A DNA stretch of 64,000 nucleotides from Candidatus Eremiobacteria bacterium (GCA_963758295.1 CAVWUU010000004.1:1248001-1312000), one strand, 5' to 3'; shown: positions 1 to 10,048, counted from the stretch's first letter. Numbers and translations are program-made. Notes: generated from the letters alone by a model not told the origin.

Positions 1-2
1 GC

Positions 3-1070
3 ATGACCGTGACCCTCGACACCTATACGACGCCGCAACTGCGCGGCATGTCGCGCGCGGCCGAGTGCTCGAGCGTCATCGCCGTCTTAAAAGGCGACGA
101 TCCCGACGGCCGCACGTACGTCATGTCCAGTCACTTCGATTCGCGCAACACCGATAACAACGACGGCGTCAATGCCGCGCCGGGCGCCGACGACAACGGT
201 TCGGGCACCTCCGCCGTGATCGAAGCCGCACGCGTGCTCGCGCCGCATCGCTTTCACGCCACGATCGTCTTCGCAACGTTCGACGGCGAAGAGCAAGGCT
301 TGCTCGGCTCCGACCACTACGCCAAATTGCTGCGCGCGCAAAGCGCTTACGTAGCCGGTGATTTGAACAACGACATCATCGGGAGCTCCCATGCCCCCGA
401 CGGCAGCGCGCACCCCGGCGAGGCGCGCTTGTTCAGCGAGGCGCTGCCGCTAGGCGCCGACCGGACGACGGTCAACGGCAACGGATCGGAAAACGACTCG
501 CCGTCGCGGGAGCTTGCGCGGTTCGTCCGGAGCGCGGACGCCGCTTACGTTCCTGCGATGCAAGCCGAAATGATCTATCGCGTCGATCGTTTTCATCGCG
601 GCGGCGATGAAGAATCGTTCACGGCAGTGGGCTTTCCGGCGACGCGTTTCGTTGAAGCAAGCGAGAATTACGATCATCAGCATCAGAACGTTCGCACTGA
701 AGGCGGCAAGCAATACGGGGACCTTTTGCAGTACGTCGACTTCGACTACCTTGCGAACATGACCAAGATGAACGTTGCGGCTCTCGCGGCATTGGCGCTT
801 GGGCCAGGCGCTCCGGAACACGCCGAAATCATCAACGCGAAACCTGTTTACGACTCGACGCTTCGTTGGTCTGCGGTGCCGCGTGCCGCGAGCTACGAAA
901 TCGTCTGGCGTTCCACCACGGCTCCGGATTGGGAACACGCTCAGAACGTCGGAGACGTCAAAGAAGCAACCGTGCCGGTGAACAAGGACGACTTCATTCT
1001 CGGCGTCCGCGCCGTTGATGCGCAGGGCCATCGAAGCGTCGTTAGTTACCCGCTTCCCGTACGCTCTTAG
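3..1070 (+). CDS. M28 family metallopeptidase with C-terminal FN3-like domain; probably 5'-truncated by the window edge
   Basis: SSHFDS, PGADDNGSG, DGEEQGLLGS, NNDIIG and HQH zinc-site motifs typical of M28; C-terminal LRWSAVPRAASYEIVWR segment. Confidence 0.85.
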   Translation: MTVTLDTYTTPQLRGMSRAAECSSVIAVLKGDDPDGRTYVMSSHFDSRNTDNNDGVNAAPGADDNGSGTSAVIEAARVLAPHRFHATIVFATFDGEEQGLLGSDHYAKLLRAQSAYVAGDLNNDIIGSSHAPDGSAHPGEARLFSEALPLGADRTTVNGNGSENDSPSRELARFVRSADAAYVPAMQAEMIYRVDRFHRGGDEESFTAVGFPATRFVEASENYDHQHQNVRTEGGKQYGDLLQYVDFDYLANMTKMNVAALAALALGPGAPEHAEIINAKPVYDSTLRWSAVPRAASYEIVWRSTTAPDWEHAQNVGDVKEATVPVNKDDFILGVRAVDAQGHRSVVSYPLPVRS

Positions 1071-1094
1071 GCATCTCATGGGTATGGACCATGC

Positions 1095-1817
1095 ATGTCC
1101 GGTGCATGGCCCGAAGAGTTCTTCCTAGTCCGCCACGGCGAAAGTGAAGGCAATGTCGCGCGAACGTGCGCGATGGCCGCAAACGCCGAAATCATCGACG
1201 TCGATGAAAACGATAAAGCCGTTCCGTTGAGCGCGCGCGGCGCGGAACAGGCCGCCGCGCTGGGAAAGTGGCTTACCGGCGATCCGCCGTCGATCGTCTG
1301 GACTTCGCCGTTCCGGCGCGCGCGCGAAACCGCACGGATCGCTGCCTCGGCATGGCCCGTACCGGCACAAATAGTCCTCGATGACCGCCTGCGCGAACGC
1401 TCCCTCGGTGTGCTCAATCGATTGACGGGCGCGGGGATTCGCGCGCGCTACCCGCAAGAGGCGCTCGCACGCATGCGCGTGGGGAAATTCGATTACCGGC
1501 CGCCGCTCGGCGAAAGCTGGGCCGATGTTGCGCATCGCCTGCGCGGCGTCGTGGATGCGTTGCATGCCTGTTCGTACAAGCGCGTGATGGTGGTCACGCA
1601 TCAAGTGGTCGTGATGTGCATGCGGTATTTGCTCGAGCACCTCACCGTCGCACAGCTAATGGCGATCGATGCGAAAACGTCCATCGCCAATTGCGCGGTG
1701 ACGCATTACCGGTCCACGCCCTCCGGAATCGAGCTTGTAAGCTTCAACGACGTTACGGCGCTCGCCGCGTTGAGCGCGCCCGTGACCAAGACGGACGATG
1801 CTGCAGACGCCCGCTAA
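1095..1817 (+). CDS. Histidine phosphatase (phosphoglycerate mutase-like) family protein
   Basis: LVRHGES, SPFRRARETA, RLRE..G, GES and VTH motifs. Confidence 0.9.
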   Translation: MSGAWPEEFFLVRHGESEGNVARTCAMAANAEIIDVDENDKAVPLSARGAEQAAALGKWLTGDPPSIVWTSPFRRARETARIAASAWPVPAQIVLDDRLRERSLGVLNRLTGAGIRARYPQEALARMRVGKFDYRPPLGESWADVAHRLRGVVDALHACSYKRVMVVTHQVVVMCMRYLLEHLTVAQLMAIDAKTSIANCAVTHYRSTPSGIELVSFNDVTALAALSAPVTKTDDAADAR

Positions 1818-2679
1818 GCGAATCGACAGCGCGCTGTTGCGCGACTGGCCTCTTCCCTTGCGGGAAGGCGATAAAGAAGCGCGCGGCCGAGTTCTGGTCG
1901 TCGCGGGCATGCGAACCGTTCCCGGCGCGGCGATTCTCGCCGCAACGGCCGCGCTTCGCGCCGGCGCCGGGAAACTGCAAGTGGCCGCGCCGGCAAGTGT
2001 TGCGACTGCGATCGGCGTCGAAATTCCGGAAGCGTTGGTGATGCCCTTCGAAGAAACGCCCGCCGGTGCGCCCTCGATGCAAAGCGTCCGCGTCGTGAGA
2101 GCCTACGCCGAGGATGCCGGAGCGGTCGTCCTGGGTCCCGGCATGGCGCCAAACGAGGAATGTACTTCGTTCGTCTGCGCGCTCGTGAAAGCGATTGAAG
2201 CGCCGGTCGTGCTCGATGCATCGGCGCTCTTTGCGTGTAAACGGGACGGGCACGTGCTCGAACACCTGGGAGCCGCCGCGGTGATGACGCCGCATGCAGC
2301 CGAACTCGCCGGCGTCTTGGACGAGCCGCGCGAATCGATCGAAGCAGAACCGCGGCGTTACGCGCTTGAAACGGCGCTTCGCTTTAAAGCAGTCGTCGCG
2401 CTCAAAGGCGTTACCACGTACATTGCGGGACCGGCCGGCGAGCTCTTCGTAAACGAAGCCGGCCACCCGGGACTGGGAACGTCCGGTTCCGGCGATGTGC
2501 TTGCCGGCATTATCGGAGGCTTACTCGCGCGCGGTGCCGCGCCGCTGCAGGCGGCCGTCTGGGGGGTTTCGCTTCACGCGCACGCAGGTCAAGCGCTCGG
2601 CCAGAACATGGGCATCGGATTTCTCGCGCGCGAGCTTCTGCCGCAAATTCCACTGCAATTGCGCGAATTGAGTTCCTAA
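1798..2679 (+). CDS. nnrD: ADP-dependent NAD(P)H-hydrate dehydratase (YjeF C-terminal domain only)
   Basis: K..RGRVLVVAG, GAGKL, LGPGM, VLDA, TPHAAEL, LKG, GSGDVLAG motifs; overlaps the upstream gene by 20 bp. Confidence 0.88.
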   Translation: MLQTPAKRIDSALLRDWPLPLREGDKEARGRVLVVAGMRTVPGAAILAATAALRAGAGKLQVAAPASVATAIGVEIPEALVMPFEETPAGAPSMQSVRVVRAYAEDAGAVVLGPGMAPNEECTSFVCALVKAIEAPVVLDASALFACKRDGHVLEHLGAAAVMTPHAAELAGVLDEPRESIEAEPRRYALETALRFKAVVALKGVTTYIAGPAGELFVNEAGHPGLGTSGSGDVLAGIIGGLLARGAAPLQAAVWGVSLHAHAGQALGQNMGIGFLARELLPQIPLQLRELSS

Positions 2680-2686
2680 GGAATGC

Positions 2687-2721
2687 AATGGGCGCGAGCT
2701 TTCGCTCGCGCCCATTTTCTT
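2687..2721. terminator. Intrinsic terminator hairpin between convergent nnrD and receptor 1
   Basis: Perfect 13-bp stem AATGGGCGCGAGC-TTTC-GCTCGCGCCCATT followed by TTCTT. Confidence 0.75.
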
Positions 2722-2738
2722 GGAAATCGCCGGAAGAT

Positions 2739-5700
2739 CTAGATCTTGACGGTGAGTTGGAAGTACGCCTGGAACGGATATCCGGCGAGTACGGGCACAT
2801 ACGGGTAGTTGAACACGTTGGGATACCCTGCCGTGCCGTTCGCCGCATCTGCCGGTGACTGACCGTAGAAATAGCCTGCTCCGGCGGTATTGAACGCTTC
2901 GCCCGGCGTCCATCCTAAATATGTGCTGTTGCCGGTAAACGCGTTGTAGTTTTGCGAGTACGAGCAAACCGCTTGATTCGGCTTGTAGGCAGCGCTCCAC
3001 GAGGTGGACGTACCGCCGAAGCAACGATTCAGAATGTTGGCCAGCGACACCGTGGCTGAAACCCGGGGCGAGAAGTCGTACGTTAACTGCGCGCCGAGAT
3101 TGAAGATCCACGGGTTCGTGAATTGGGCGACGCCGTCGAACCGGCCCGTTGCCGGATCCGGAATCGGGACTTGCCCCGCGCAGGTCTGGTAATCGGCCAG
3201 CTGTCCGCCGCCCGCAACGCCCGCTGCCGTTTGATTCTGCAAACAGCTCGTTGGGTCGATGCCGGGGATGAGAGCCGGTGAGCCATAGCGCGTTCCTTGC
3301 TGCAACACCGCGTTGAACGAACCTTGGAACTTGTTGTGCTTGTAAGCCAAGAAGCCCGCGAACACGTTTTGCGGAATTGCGGTTCCGAGATCGTTTCCTA
3401 CGCCGCCCAGATCCTGTGGGAAGTAGTTCGCGTAGGTCGGATACCATCCGTCGATCGGGAATTGCGCAAGGAATGTATTCAACGACGTATTCGGCAGCAT
3501 GTTGTAGTAGGGATTGACGACTGCCGCCGGATCCGCCGCGCAATTGGTAACGGGCGCACCTGCGTCGTAACAGGGTGCCGCACCGGTTGGATTCGTTGTC
3601 GCGTTGTACGCGTTGTTCGACGTCAGATTCCAGAACGTCGAGAGATTGCCGCGAAGCCCGGTTATAGCGTTTTGCCCGTTGATCAGGCTGTATTTTAGAC
3701 GCGCGTCCGTAAACGTGTACGAAAGCTGTCCGCTAACGCCGTTACGCGTCGGGTCGCCTTTTTGGACCTGGAATTCTACGCCTTCCGACCGCTGTGTGCC
3801 GGCGTTGAATCCGCCGGCCAAACCGCCCGGCAGAGAAACCGAGATCACCTGACTGGTCGTCCACCGGTAGAAAGGCGTGAGCTTCAGGCTCATGTCCGTT
3901 CCCTTGAAGTGGTGTTCCAGCGAGAGATCCCAGTTGTTCGAGTACTGAATCGGATTGTCGTGTATCGTCGACGTCAATCCGTTGTTGTAGTACTTCGAGT
4001 TGAAGACGTTCACCGCTTGACGGTAACCATCGACGTACGTCAATACTTGTTCCGCATACGTCGGGGTCGGTTGCGTGTACCGGCCGTACGTGAAACGAAC
4101 TACCGTGTCTGGATTGGCGGTGTACGTAAACCCGACACGCGGCGAAAACGTAGACTTGGTCAACGTCGAGCCGCCCGCTACGAGGCTAATTTCCGGAATG
4201 CCGTTCTGGCCCGGATGGTAGGTTTGCTCGCCGCGAACCGGATCGAACGGACACGTTCCGCCCGGGGCCGTCGTGGTGAAGCTCGGATATCCGAAACCCG
4301 CTGCGAATGGGTCGACGGATTGTCCTGGTGCTTGATTCTTGTTCGGCACTTGGAGCAAACCGGTCGGCGCGACGCAGGCCGTCGAGTTCACTTGATTTTG
4401 CCAGAAGATGCCTTCGGCATCGGTTGCGTTCGGAATGACGTATTGATACGACTCATACCGAACGCCGGCGTTGAGATCTATCCGGTCGTTGGGCCGGAAC
4501 TCGTCTTGCAGGGCAATGGTCGTGAATCGCGGCTGCACGCGGTTGATGTTGCTGAACGCACCGACGTTCTGAGCAATCGTCCAATCCGCGCCGGCTACCG
4601 GTGATGCGGGCAGTGCACCTGCACCAACGTTTAGCAGCGACGCCGCGGCGGTGCCGGTTGCCGAACTGTAGGCGCCTGCAAGCGCCGACAAGCAGGAAAC
4701 CGGTGTTCCCGCCGGGGCACCCGGCGCGTACGAAGCATCTATCGGCTTACCGCTCGAGCCAAGGTTTGCGGCGCCGGAGAAACATGCGCCCGAACCGTTC
4801 ATGAGGATGGCTGAAGGCGTGTTTGATGCGACCGTCGCCGCTTGACTGTTGTTCGCGCGTTGCCCGACCGACGCCGTGTAATTACCGGTGAACGTTATCA
4901 GGTTCTTCGCGTTGATTTGGTCGGCGGCTTGCAATTGCACGCCGCGCGTATGATAGGCAACCTCATAGTCCGGAGATGCGGGATTGAAGCCGTATCCGAA
5001 GACTGGGAAGTTCGAGTTGTCGTTGGGATTGTTTTGCAGCCAATCCGAATAGAACGTGTACCCGAAAAGCCGCACGTACGCGTTCGATCCGATATTTTTC
5101 GTGTACTGAATCTTCTCGATCGAGCCATTGTTGAACGCCGACGACTGCGTGTTGTTGCTTTGGCCGAAGCCGACGGGCCTGTTCAACGGCGAACTCGGGA
5201 AGTAGTACGGCAGCACGTGGCCGGCGGCGGTTGAAGCCGGAGCTCCGAAGCCGACACCGCTCAAGAACGCCGAATCGCCGTACGGTTCGGGACCTGGTGA
5301 GTTGGCGTAGATCGTGCAGCCGTTGCCGCTTCCGAACACAGACGCGAAGAAGTTCTCATACGCGCACAAGTTCGGCGTCGATCCGTTCCACTGGCCAAAC
5401 GCGGGAGCCGCCGGATTGGTCACCGGTGCCGGAAGCGGTGCGCCGGTGAGCAACGTCGACCAGAAGTTCCCGTACCCGGTTGGGCCGGCCCATCCGGATA
5501 ACGCACTTTCAACGTTGGTAGCACCCGTGCCGCCCGTGTTGAAGTTATCCCAACCGATCGAATGGTACGAGAAGTTGTCGAACAGGAGTTGAATGTCATC
5601 GCGACCCGCGTCTTTCTTGTGCGGAATTCCGACGTGGAAGTTGATGACATTTTCGCGATCCTGCGTTTGATAACCGTACGCACCAAAGCCGCCCGCGCCT

Positions 5701-6851
5701 ACGAGCGACGGGATGGGACTATAGGAAATACAGTTCGGCAGCGTCGTGCCGGTAAGGCCAAGGCCCGAAAGGCTTAAGCCCGGTGCACCGGCAGGTGCCG
5801 TTCCGTTCGCGAGACAGGTTGCCCACGGACCCGTGCTCGGAACGCCGGTCAGGAAGTTGTTCACCAAGACGTTCGAGTCTTGGGCATAGCCTTGGAAACC
5901 GAACTCATTGCTACCGTCCGGGTTCAGACTGGCGCCGTTGTTCGACGTGATGAACGCCGGAACGTTATTGGCGCCGCGAAGGCCGACGTACCAGGAGAAC
6001 AGACGGTCCGGAGTCGCACCGCCCGCTTCGAAGTCCAGCTTGTGGTAGAATGCCGGTGCTCCAACTGCGCCGGTTACGTCACCGTACCCCGGGAACGTAC
6101 CGGTCTTAATAACCTGGTTAATATATCCGCCAAGGGTTGCCGAAGCGCCGCCGGCGGGCGAGCCGCCCGTGTAGACTTCGGTTTGCGCGGATCCTAAGTT
6201 CGAGAGCGAATTCGCGCTGTAGTTATCGAACGCGCGATTCACCGGAACGCCGTCGAACTCGTATCCTACCTGGCCGTACGACGAGCCGCGAATGTAGAAT
6301 ACTTGTCCGAAATTGTATGATCCGACGCCTTCGTAGACGCCGGGTTGATTTGCGATCGCGGAGTACGCACTATCGAGATTGTATCCGCCCGCTGAGGTGG
6401 CCGTTTGTTTCGACGTCGCTTCGTTTACCGAATAGACGTCGGACGTCGTGCCGGGCTTCACTAGATTTCCCGCCGCACGAGCTGAGACTTTCGCGATCGT
6501 TTTCAGAGCTTTCGTGAGCTTGAACGCGAGCGTCAGGGTTTGGTCTGCGAAGACCGTCACGCCGGAGTAGGAGATCGGATTGTATCCGTCTTTCTCTACC
6601 GCGAGCGTATACGTGTCCGGAGCAAGGTTTAGAAACGAAAAGGAACCGCGAGCATCCGTTGTTGCCTGAGAGGTCTCGGAGGCCGAGACCGCTTTGACTG
6701 CAACGCCGGATACCGGGGCTCCGCTTTCATCCGTAACCGTACCGCTGATATTTCCCGTCGTGCCTGCCAGTGCCCATGTTACCTGGCTTAGCGCAAACGT
6801 GAAAATCAACGATGCGGTCGCGAACGAACGCAAGGGTCGATATTTCCACAT
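2739..6851 (-). CDS. TonB-dependent receptor-like outer-membrane protein with N-terminal carboxypeptidase-regulatory-like domain (receptor 1, 1370 aa)
   Basis: Signal peptide ending QVTWALA-GTTG; G.VTDESGAPV.G..V prealbumin-like domain; plug motif YIRG..DGVPVN..EVYTGG..LGGYINQVIKTG; barrel motifs LQDEFR, LNAGVRYE, FSPRVGFTY; C-terminus FQAYFQLTVKI. Confidence 0.85.
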   Translation of the reverse strand: MWKYRPLRSFATASLIFTFALSQVTWALAGTTGNISGTVTDESGAPVSGVAVKAVSASETSQATTDARGSFSFLNLAPDTYTLAVEKDGYNPISYSGVTVFADQTLTLAFKLTKALKTIAKVSARAAGNLVKPGTTSDVYSVNEATSKQTATSAGGYNLDSAYSAIANQPGVYEGVGSYNFGQVFYIRGSSYGQVGYEFDGVPVNRAFDNYSANSLSNLGSAQTEVYTGGSPAGGASATLGGYINQVIKTGTFPGYGDVTGAVGAPAFYHKLDFEAGGATPDRLFSWYVGLRGANNVPAFITSNNGASLNPDGSNEFGFQGYAQDSNVLVNNFLTGVPSTGPWATCLANGTAPAGAPGLSLSGLGLTGTTLPNCISYSPIPSLVGAGGFGAYGYQTQDRENVINFHVGIPHKKDAGRDDIQLLFDNFSYHSIGWDNFNTGGTGATNVESALSGWAGPTGYGNFWSTLLTGAPLPAPVTNPAAPAFGQWNGSTPNLCAYENFFASVFGSGNGCTIYANSPGPEPYGDSAFLSGVGFGAPASTAAGHVLPYYFPSSPLNRPVGFGQSNNTQSSAFNNGSIEKIQYTKNIGSNAYVRLFGYTFYSDWLQNNPNDNSNFPVFGYGFNPASPDYEVAYHTRGVQLQAADQINAKNLITFTGNYTASVGQRANNSQAATVASNTPSAILMNGSGACFSGAANLGSSGKPIDASYAPGAPAGTPVSCLSALAGAYSSATGTAAASLLNVGAGALPASPVAGADWTIAQNVGAFSNINRVQPRFTTIALQDEFRPNDRIDLNAGVRYESYQYVIPNATDAEGIFWQNQVNSTACVAPTGLLQVPNKNQAPGQSVDPFAAGFGYPSFTTTAPGGTCPFDPVRGEQTYHPGQNGIPEISLVAGGSTLTKSTFSPRVGFTYTANPDTVVRFTYGRYTQPTPTYAEQVLTYVDGYRQAVNVFNSKYYNNGLTSTIHDNPIQYSNNWDLSLEHHFKGTDMSLKLTPFYRWTTSQVISVSLPGGLAGGFNAGTQRSEGVEFQVQKGDPTRNGVSGQLSYTFTDARLKYSLINGQNAITGLRGNLSTFWNLTSNNAYNATTNPTGAAPCYDAGAPVTNCAADPAAVVNPYYNMLPNTSLNTFLAQFPIDGWYPTYANYFPQDLGGVGNDLGTAIPQNVFAGFLAYKHNKFQGSFNAVLQQGTRYGSPALIPGIDPTSCLQNQTAAGVAGGGQLADYQTCAGQVPIPDPATGRFDGVAQFTNPWIFNLGAQLTYDFSPRVSATVSLANILNRCFGGTSTSWSAAYKPNQAVCSYSQNYNAFTGNSTYLGWTPGEAFNTAGAGYFYGQSPADAANGTAGYPNVFNYPYVPVLAGYPFQAYFQLTVKI

Positions 6852-6950
6852 TGCATTAACTTTCTTCTTGCGAAGTACCGTGCAATTAGCGTGGCGCGCG
6901 AGGCGTCACAACATGAACATGCCACCCCGGTCGCTTACTCACCCGGCTAA

Positions 6951-6977
6951 TGGCAGCACTTTGACACAGCGGTGCCT
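6951..6977. promoter_or_regulatory. Candidate operator: three half-sites with 11-bp period, TGGCA-N6-TGACA-N6-TGCCT
   Basis: Read directly upstream of receptor 1; same spacing as the boxes at 7004, 8704, 50968 and 55794. Confidence 0.5.
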
Positions 6978-7003
6978 CAAGGAGTACTCAGAACGTGCGG
7001 AAG

Positions 7004-7019
7004 TGACAAGGAAGTGCCA
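7004..7019. promoter_or_regulatory. Candidate operator TGACA-N6-TGCCA
   Basis: On the minus strand it reads TGGCACTTCC-T-TGTCACTTCC, a near-perfect direct repeat with 11-bp period upstream of receptor 1. Confidence 0.55.
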
Positions 7020-7049
7020 TGTACATCTGCGTCGCGTCACACTCGCGTA

Positions 7050-7119
7050 CTATTGAGTTGCTCGTTGATTAGCCCTCAATAGAGTGTGGGGCGCTATAGC
7101 TTTTGCTACTATAACGCCC
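7050..7119 (-). terminator. Two adjacent hairpins just downstream of regulator 1 (possible terminator or mRNA-stability element)
   Basis: CTATTGAG...CTCAATAG (7050-7082) and GGGCGCTATAG...CTATAACGCCC (7089-7119); no clear U-tract on the minus strand. Confidence 0.35.
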
Positions 7120-7140
7120 TACCGTTTTATCTTTTTCGGC

Positions 7141-8682
7141 TTATTGCCCGATCCAACCGCGTCGTTCAGCGATTGGGACGAGTACCGCGGCAGCTTGGCG
7201 CGACGCGAGTTCGTCGAACGACGCGCGTTCGAGTCCGACATCCGCAAATTCGAACACGCCTATTTCGCGCCAGCGCGCGTTAGGCGGGGTGAAAAGATCA
7301 AGGGCAATTGAGAAATCCTTTGCTTTGACGTACCACCGCCACGCGCGCAAGTATCGCTCGCGTTCTTCTTCTGAATGGCCTTCCAGGCCATGCACGGCCG
7401 CCGCGGTGCAGTGGTTATAGGCGCTTACGGCGGCGTAGCCGCGCTCTTGGGCGACCGCCAGAGACTGCGCCACAAGATTCTTTGCTTCCATCAGCCGGTG
7501 TTGCGCCAAGAACTGTCTTGCCAGCACCGAGTCCATCATCGTCCGGTGCCATGAAGTTTCGGGCAGATCTCCGTAGGCGTCGCCCGCCGGCGCCGAAATG
7601 CCGGACACGAGCGCGATGCGGCGTTCCAAAATCGAAGCTTCCGCGCAAAGCCACACGTGATGCAGCGCGGCGATCCGAGCGGCGGCGGCGAGTTGCCGGG
7701 CTCGCCGTAAATCGCCTTCGTAACAGGCCGCAATTGCTGCCAACAGGCATAAATGCGCCGCGGCAACGGGATCGTGCCGCCGCTGCGCGCCCGCCATGTG
7801 TCTTTTGATTGCGCTTTCGAGATTCGCAAGACGGCCCGAATAACAGAGCACTTCGAGGGTGTGCACCGTCTCTTCGAGGTCTACGTCGGCGTTCGAACCG
7901 CTAACGTACGCGACGACGCGTTGAAGCGAATGTGCCGTACCGCTGCTGCGCGCGGCAAGGAAACGCGCTTGAGTAAGTTCGCGTTGAATCGCGCGGCGCA
8001 TGGCGGGATCGCTCACGAAACGCGAAGCCGCGTCCGACTTTCGCAGATCTTCCTCCGCGCCGGAGATATCACCAAAAAGGCATCGCTGCTGCGACCGTAA
8101 GGCAAAGGCAACGGATACGGACTGTCGCTCCGCCGTCTCGAAGACCGACGCGGGAATTTGCCGCGCCGTTTCGACGTATGCCTTGAGAGCCCGAATCGAT
8201 TCGAAGTCGGCCGACAGGTGCGGCGCGCTCGAAAACACTTCCAGCGCGCCTTCAGGATTCCAATCGACGAGTGTATCGAAAAGCGTTCCTAACGTATCGG
8301 TGGGCTCGGCCTGATAATTCAAGATTGCGCGAAGCTGCCCGGCGAGCATCTTGACGGCCCGTGCCCGATACCGGAAAAACTGCCGCAGCGAAAGGCCCAT
8401 CCGTGAAGCGACCTCGTTGAACGAAAGCGCGCCGTCCAGATCGGACTTCACGACCAGTTCGCTCAAGCGCGCACCCATATGCCCGAGATCTTTAAAAGTG
8501 AGATCGACGAGTTTTTTGAGTGCTTCACCAAGATTCGCACTGCCCGTGAGACGCTGCAGCTCATCAGCTATGGGATCGTCTTCGACACGGTCTGCACGTC
8601 GCGCGGCACCCAGCAGGCGCCGAACGTGGTGCTCGTCGATTGCTGCGGCCGGTCCGGCCGCCGGAGCATTTGCGTTTGCCAT
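7141..8682 (-). CDS. Putative transcriptional regulator with N-terminal HTH and TPR-like helical C-terminus (regulator 1)
   Basis: LSFNEVASRMGLSLRQFFRYRARAV HTH-like motif; Ala/Leu-rich helical repeats; visibly homologous to 49328-50869 and 55883-57229. Confidence 0.65.
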   Translation of the reverse strand: MANANAPAAGPAAAIDEHHVRRLLGAARRADRVEDDPIADELQRLTGSANLGEALKKLVDLTFKDLGHMGARLSELVVKSDLDGALSFNEVASRMGLSLRQFFRYRARAVKMLAGQLRAILNYQAEPTDTLGTLFDTLVDWNPEGALEVFSSAPHLSADFESIRALKAYVETARQIPASVFETAERQSVSVAFALRSQQRCLFGDISGAEEDLRKSDAASRFVSDPAMRRAIQRELTQARFLAARSSGTAHSLQRVVAYVSGSNADVDLEETVHTLEVLCYSGRLANLESAIKRHMAGAQRRHDPVAAAHLCLLAAIAACYEGDLRRARQLAAAARIAALHHVWLCAEASILERRIALVSGISAPAGDAYGDLPETSWHRTMMDSVLARQFLAQHRLMEAKNLVAQSLAVAQERGYAAVSAYNHCTAAAVHGLEGHSEEERERYLRAWRWYVKAKDFSIALDLFTPPNARWREIGVFEFADVGLERASFDELASRQAAAVLVPIAERRGWIGQ

Positions 8683-8703
8683 CCAACTATGACCTTAGTT
8701 GAA

Positions 8704-8719
8704 TGACATTCAAATGTCA
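8704..8719. promoter_or_regulatory. Candidate autoregulatory operator TGACATT-CA-AATGTCA (palindromic TGACA-N6-TGTCA)
   Basis: 21 bp upstream of the regulator 1 start codon, in an AT-rich intergenic gap. Confidence 0.55.
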
Positions 8720-8770
8720 GTAAATGTGACCGGGATAAACGTTTATTTAATTCATGAATGCTCGCCGGAC

Positions 8771-10048
8771 TTAGACTTCGGGCAAGCTTTCTGCGATAAT
8801 CACGAGTGTTTCGTCGATGTCGGCCGCGCAATGAGCCGTGGAGACGAACATCACTTCGTTTTGTGACGGTGGCAGTAAAATGCCACGTTCGAGCATGGCT
8901 GCATAGTAGGCGGAGTACTTCTTTTTGTCCGCCAGCAGCGCGTCGTCGTAATTCCGATTGGGTGGCCCCGGCCGGAACTTGAAATCGACGATGGATTCGT
9001 GTTGCACGACGGCGTACGGCAATCCGCGTTTTTCGAAAATCGCACGAATGCCGCCGGCCAAACGCTCCGCGAGCGCGCTCATTGTTTCGTAATACTCCGG
9101 ATGTGCCTCAAGCAAGTCCAGCACGCGATGCGCCATCGCTACCGAGAACGGGTTCCCACCGTGCGTGCCGCCCGTAAAGGTTGCACCCTGTGGCGCGAGC
9201 ACCGCCATGACGTCTTCGCGGCCGCCGAATGCGGCGATTGGTGCGCCGCCGCCCATAATTTTCCCAATCGTGGTCATGTCCGGGACGATGTTCGTACGCG
9301 CTTGGGCGCCACGCAATCCGAAACGTAGCCACGTGATGACTTCATCGAAAATCAGCAGCGCGCCGTAGCTGCTCGCGCGCTCACGCAAGCCTTCCAGAAA
9401 TCCGTTTACAGGCGTCACGTATCCCATGTTGCCGACGATCGGTTCGACGACAATCGCCGCAACGTCGTCTCCACGGCAACGCAGCAATTCGTCCACGCTT
9501 TCGAGGTCGTTGTAGCGCGCCACGACGACGTCGTGCATCACGCCTTGCGGAATTCCGGAAAGCGCGGCGTTCGCCGTGTGCGCGGATGCGCCGGCATTGA
9601 GCAACGCAAGATCGAAGTGGCCGTGGTAGTTTCCCGCAAATTTCAAGATCAAGCTTCGGCGCGTAAATGCACGAGCCACGCGAATGGCGCTCATCACCGC
9701 TTCGGTGCCGGTGGAAACGAATCGCATGCGCTCCATCGAAGGAAGATAGGAACGAATGCGTTCTGCAAGACGCACTTCTTCCGGGTGCGTCGTTCCCCAC
9801 ACGAAGCCGTGTTTCGCGATTTCATCCAGGCCCGTGGTCAACGCGGGATGCGTGTGCCCGAAAAGCAACGGGCCGTACGCCATGATGTAATCGATGTAGC
9901 GGCGTCCATTTTCATCGAAGGCGTAGGCGCCTTCCGCCGAAGCCTGCACGAACATCGGCGCGTTAACGCCCCAGCCGGAGCGGACCGGTGAGTCGCAGCC
10001 GCCTGCGAGAACCGCTTTCGCGCGATCGATCGAAGGTGCGATTTCCAT
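8771..10048 (-). CDS. hemL: Glutamate-1-semialdehyde 2,1-aminomutase
   Basis: GGCDSPVR, YIDY...GPL..GH, TGTEAVMSAIRVARAFT, FAGNYHGH, IFDEV, GKIMGGG (PLP lysine), PPSQNE. Confidence 0.88.
   Translation of the reverse strand: MEIAPSIDRAKAVLAGGCDSPVRSGWGVNAPMFVQASAEGAYAFDENGRRYIDYIMAYGPLLFGHTHPALTTGLDEIAKHGFVWGTTHPEEVRLAERIRSYLPSMERMRFVSTGTEAVMSAIRVARAFTRRSLILKFAGNYHGHFDLALLNAGASAHTANAALSGIPQGVMHDVVVARYNDLESVDELLRCRGDDVAAIVVEPIVGNMGYVTPVNGFLEGLRERASSYGALLIFDEVITWLRFGLRGAQARTNIVPDMTTIGKIMGGGAPIAAFGGREDVMAVLAPQGATFTGGTHGGNPFSVAMAHRVLDLLEAHPEYYETMSALAERLAGGIRAIFEKRGLPYAVVQHESIVDFKFRPGPPNRNYDDALLADKKKYSAYYAAMLERGILLPPSQNEVMFVSTAHCAADIDETLVIIAESLPEV

Noticed and set aside
2521..4604. Alternative-frame and antisense ORFs inside receptor 1 (340 aa, 280 aa and others)
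   Set aside because: Arg-rich, motif-free and overlapping a well-supported gene.
6852..7140. Cobalamin or TPP riboswitch upstream of receptor 1
   Set aside because: I could not find a B12 box or TPP core motifs by eye; an Rfam scan would be decisive.
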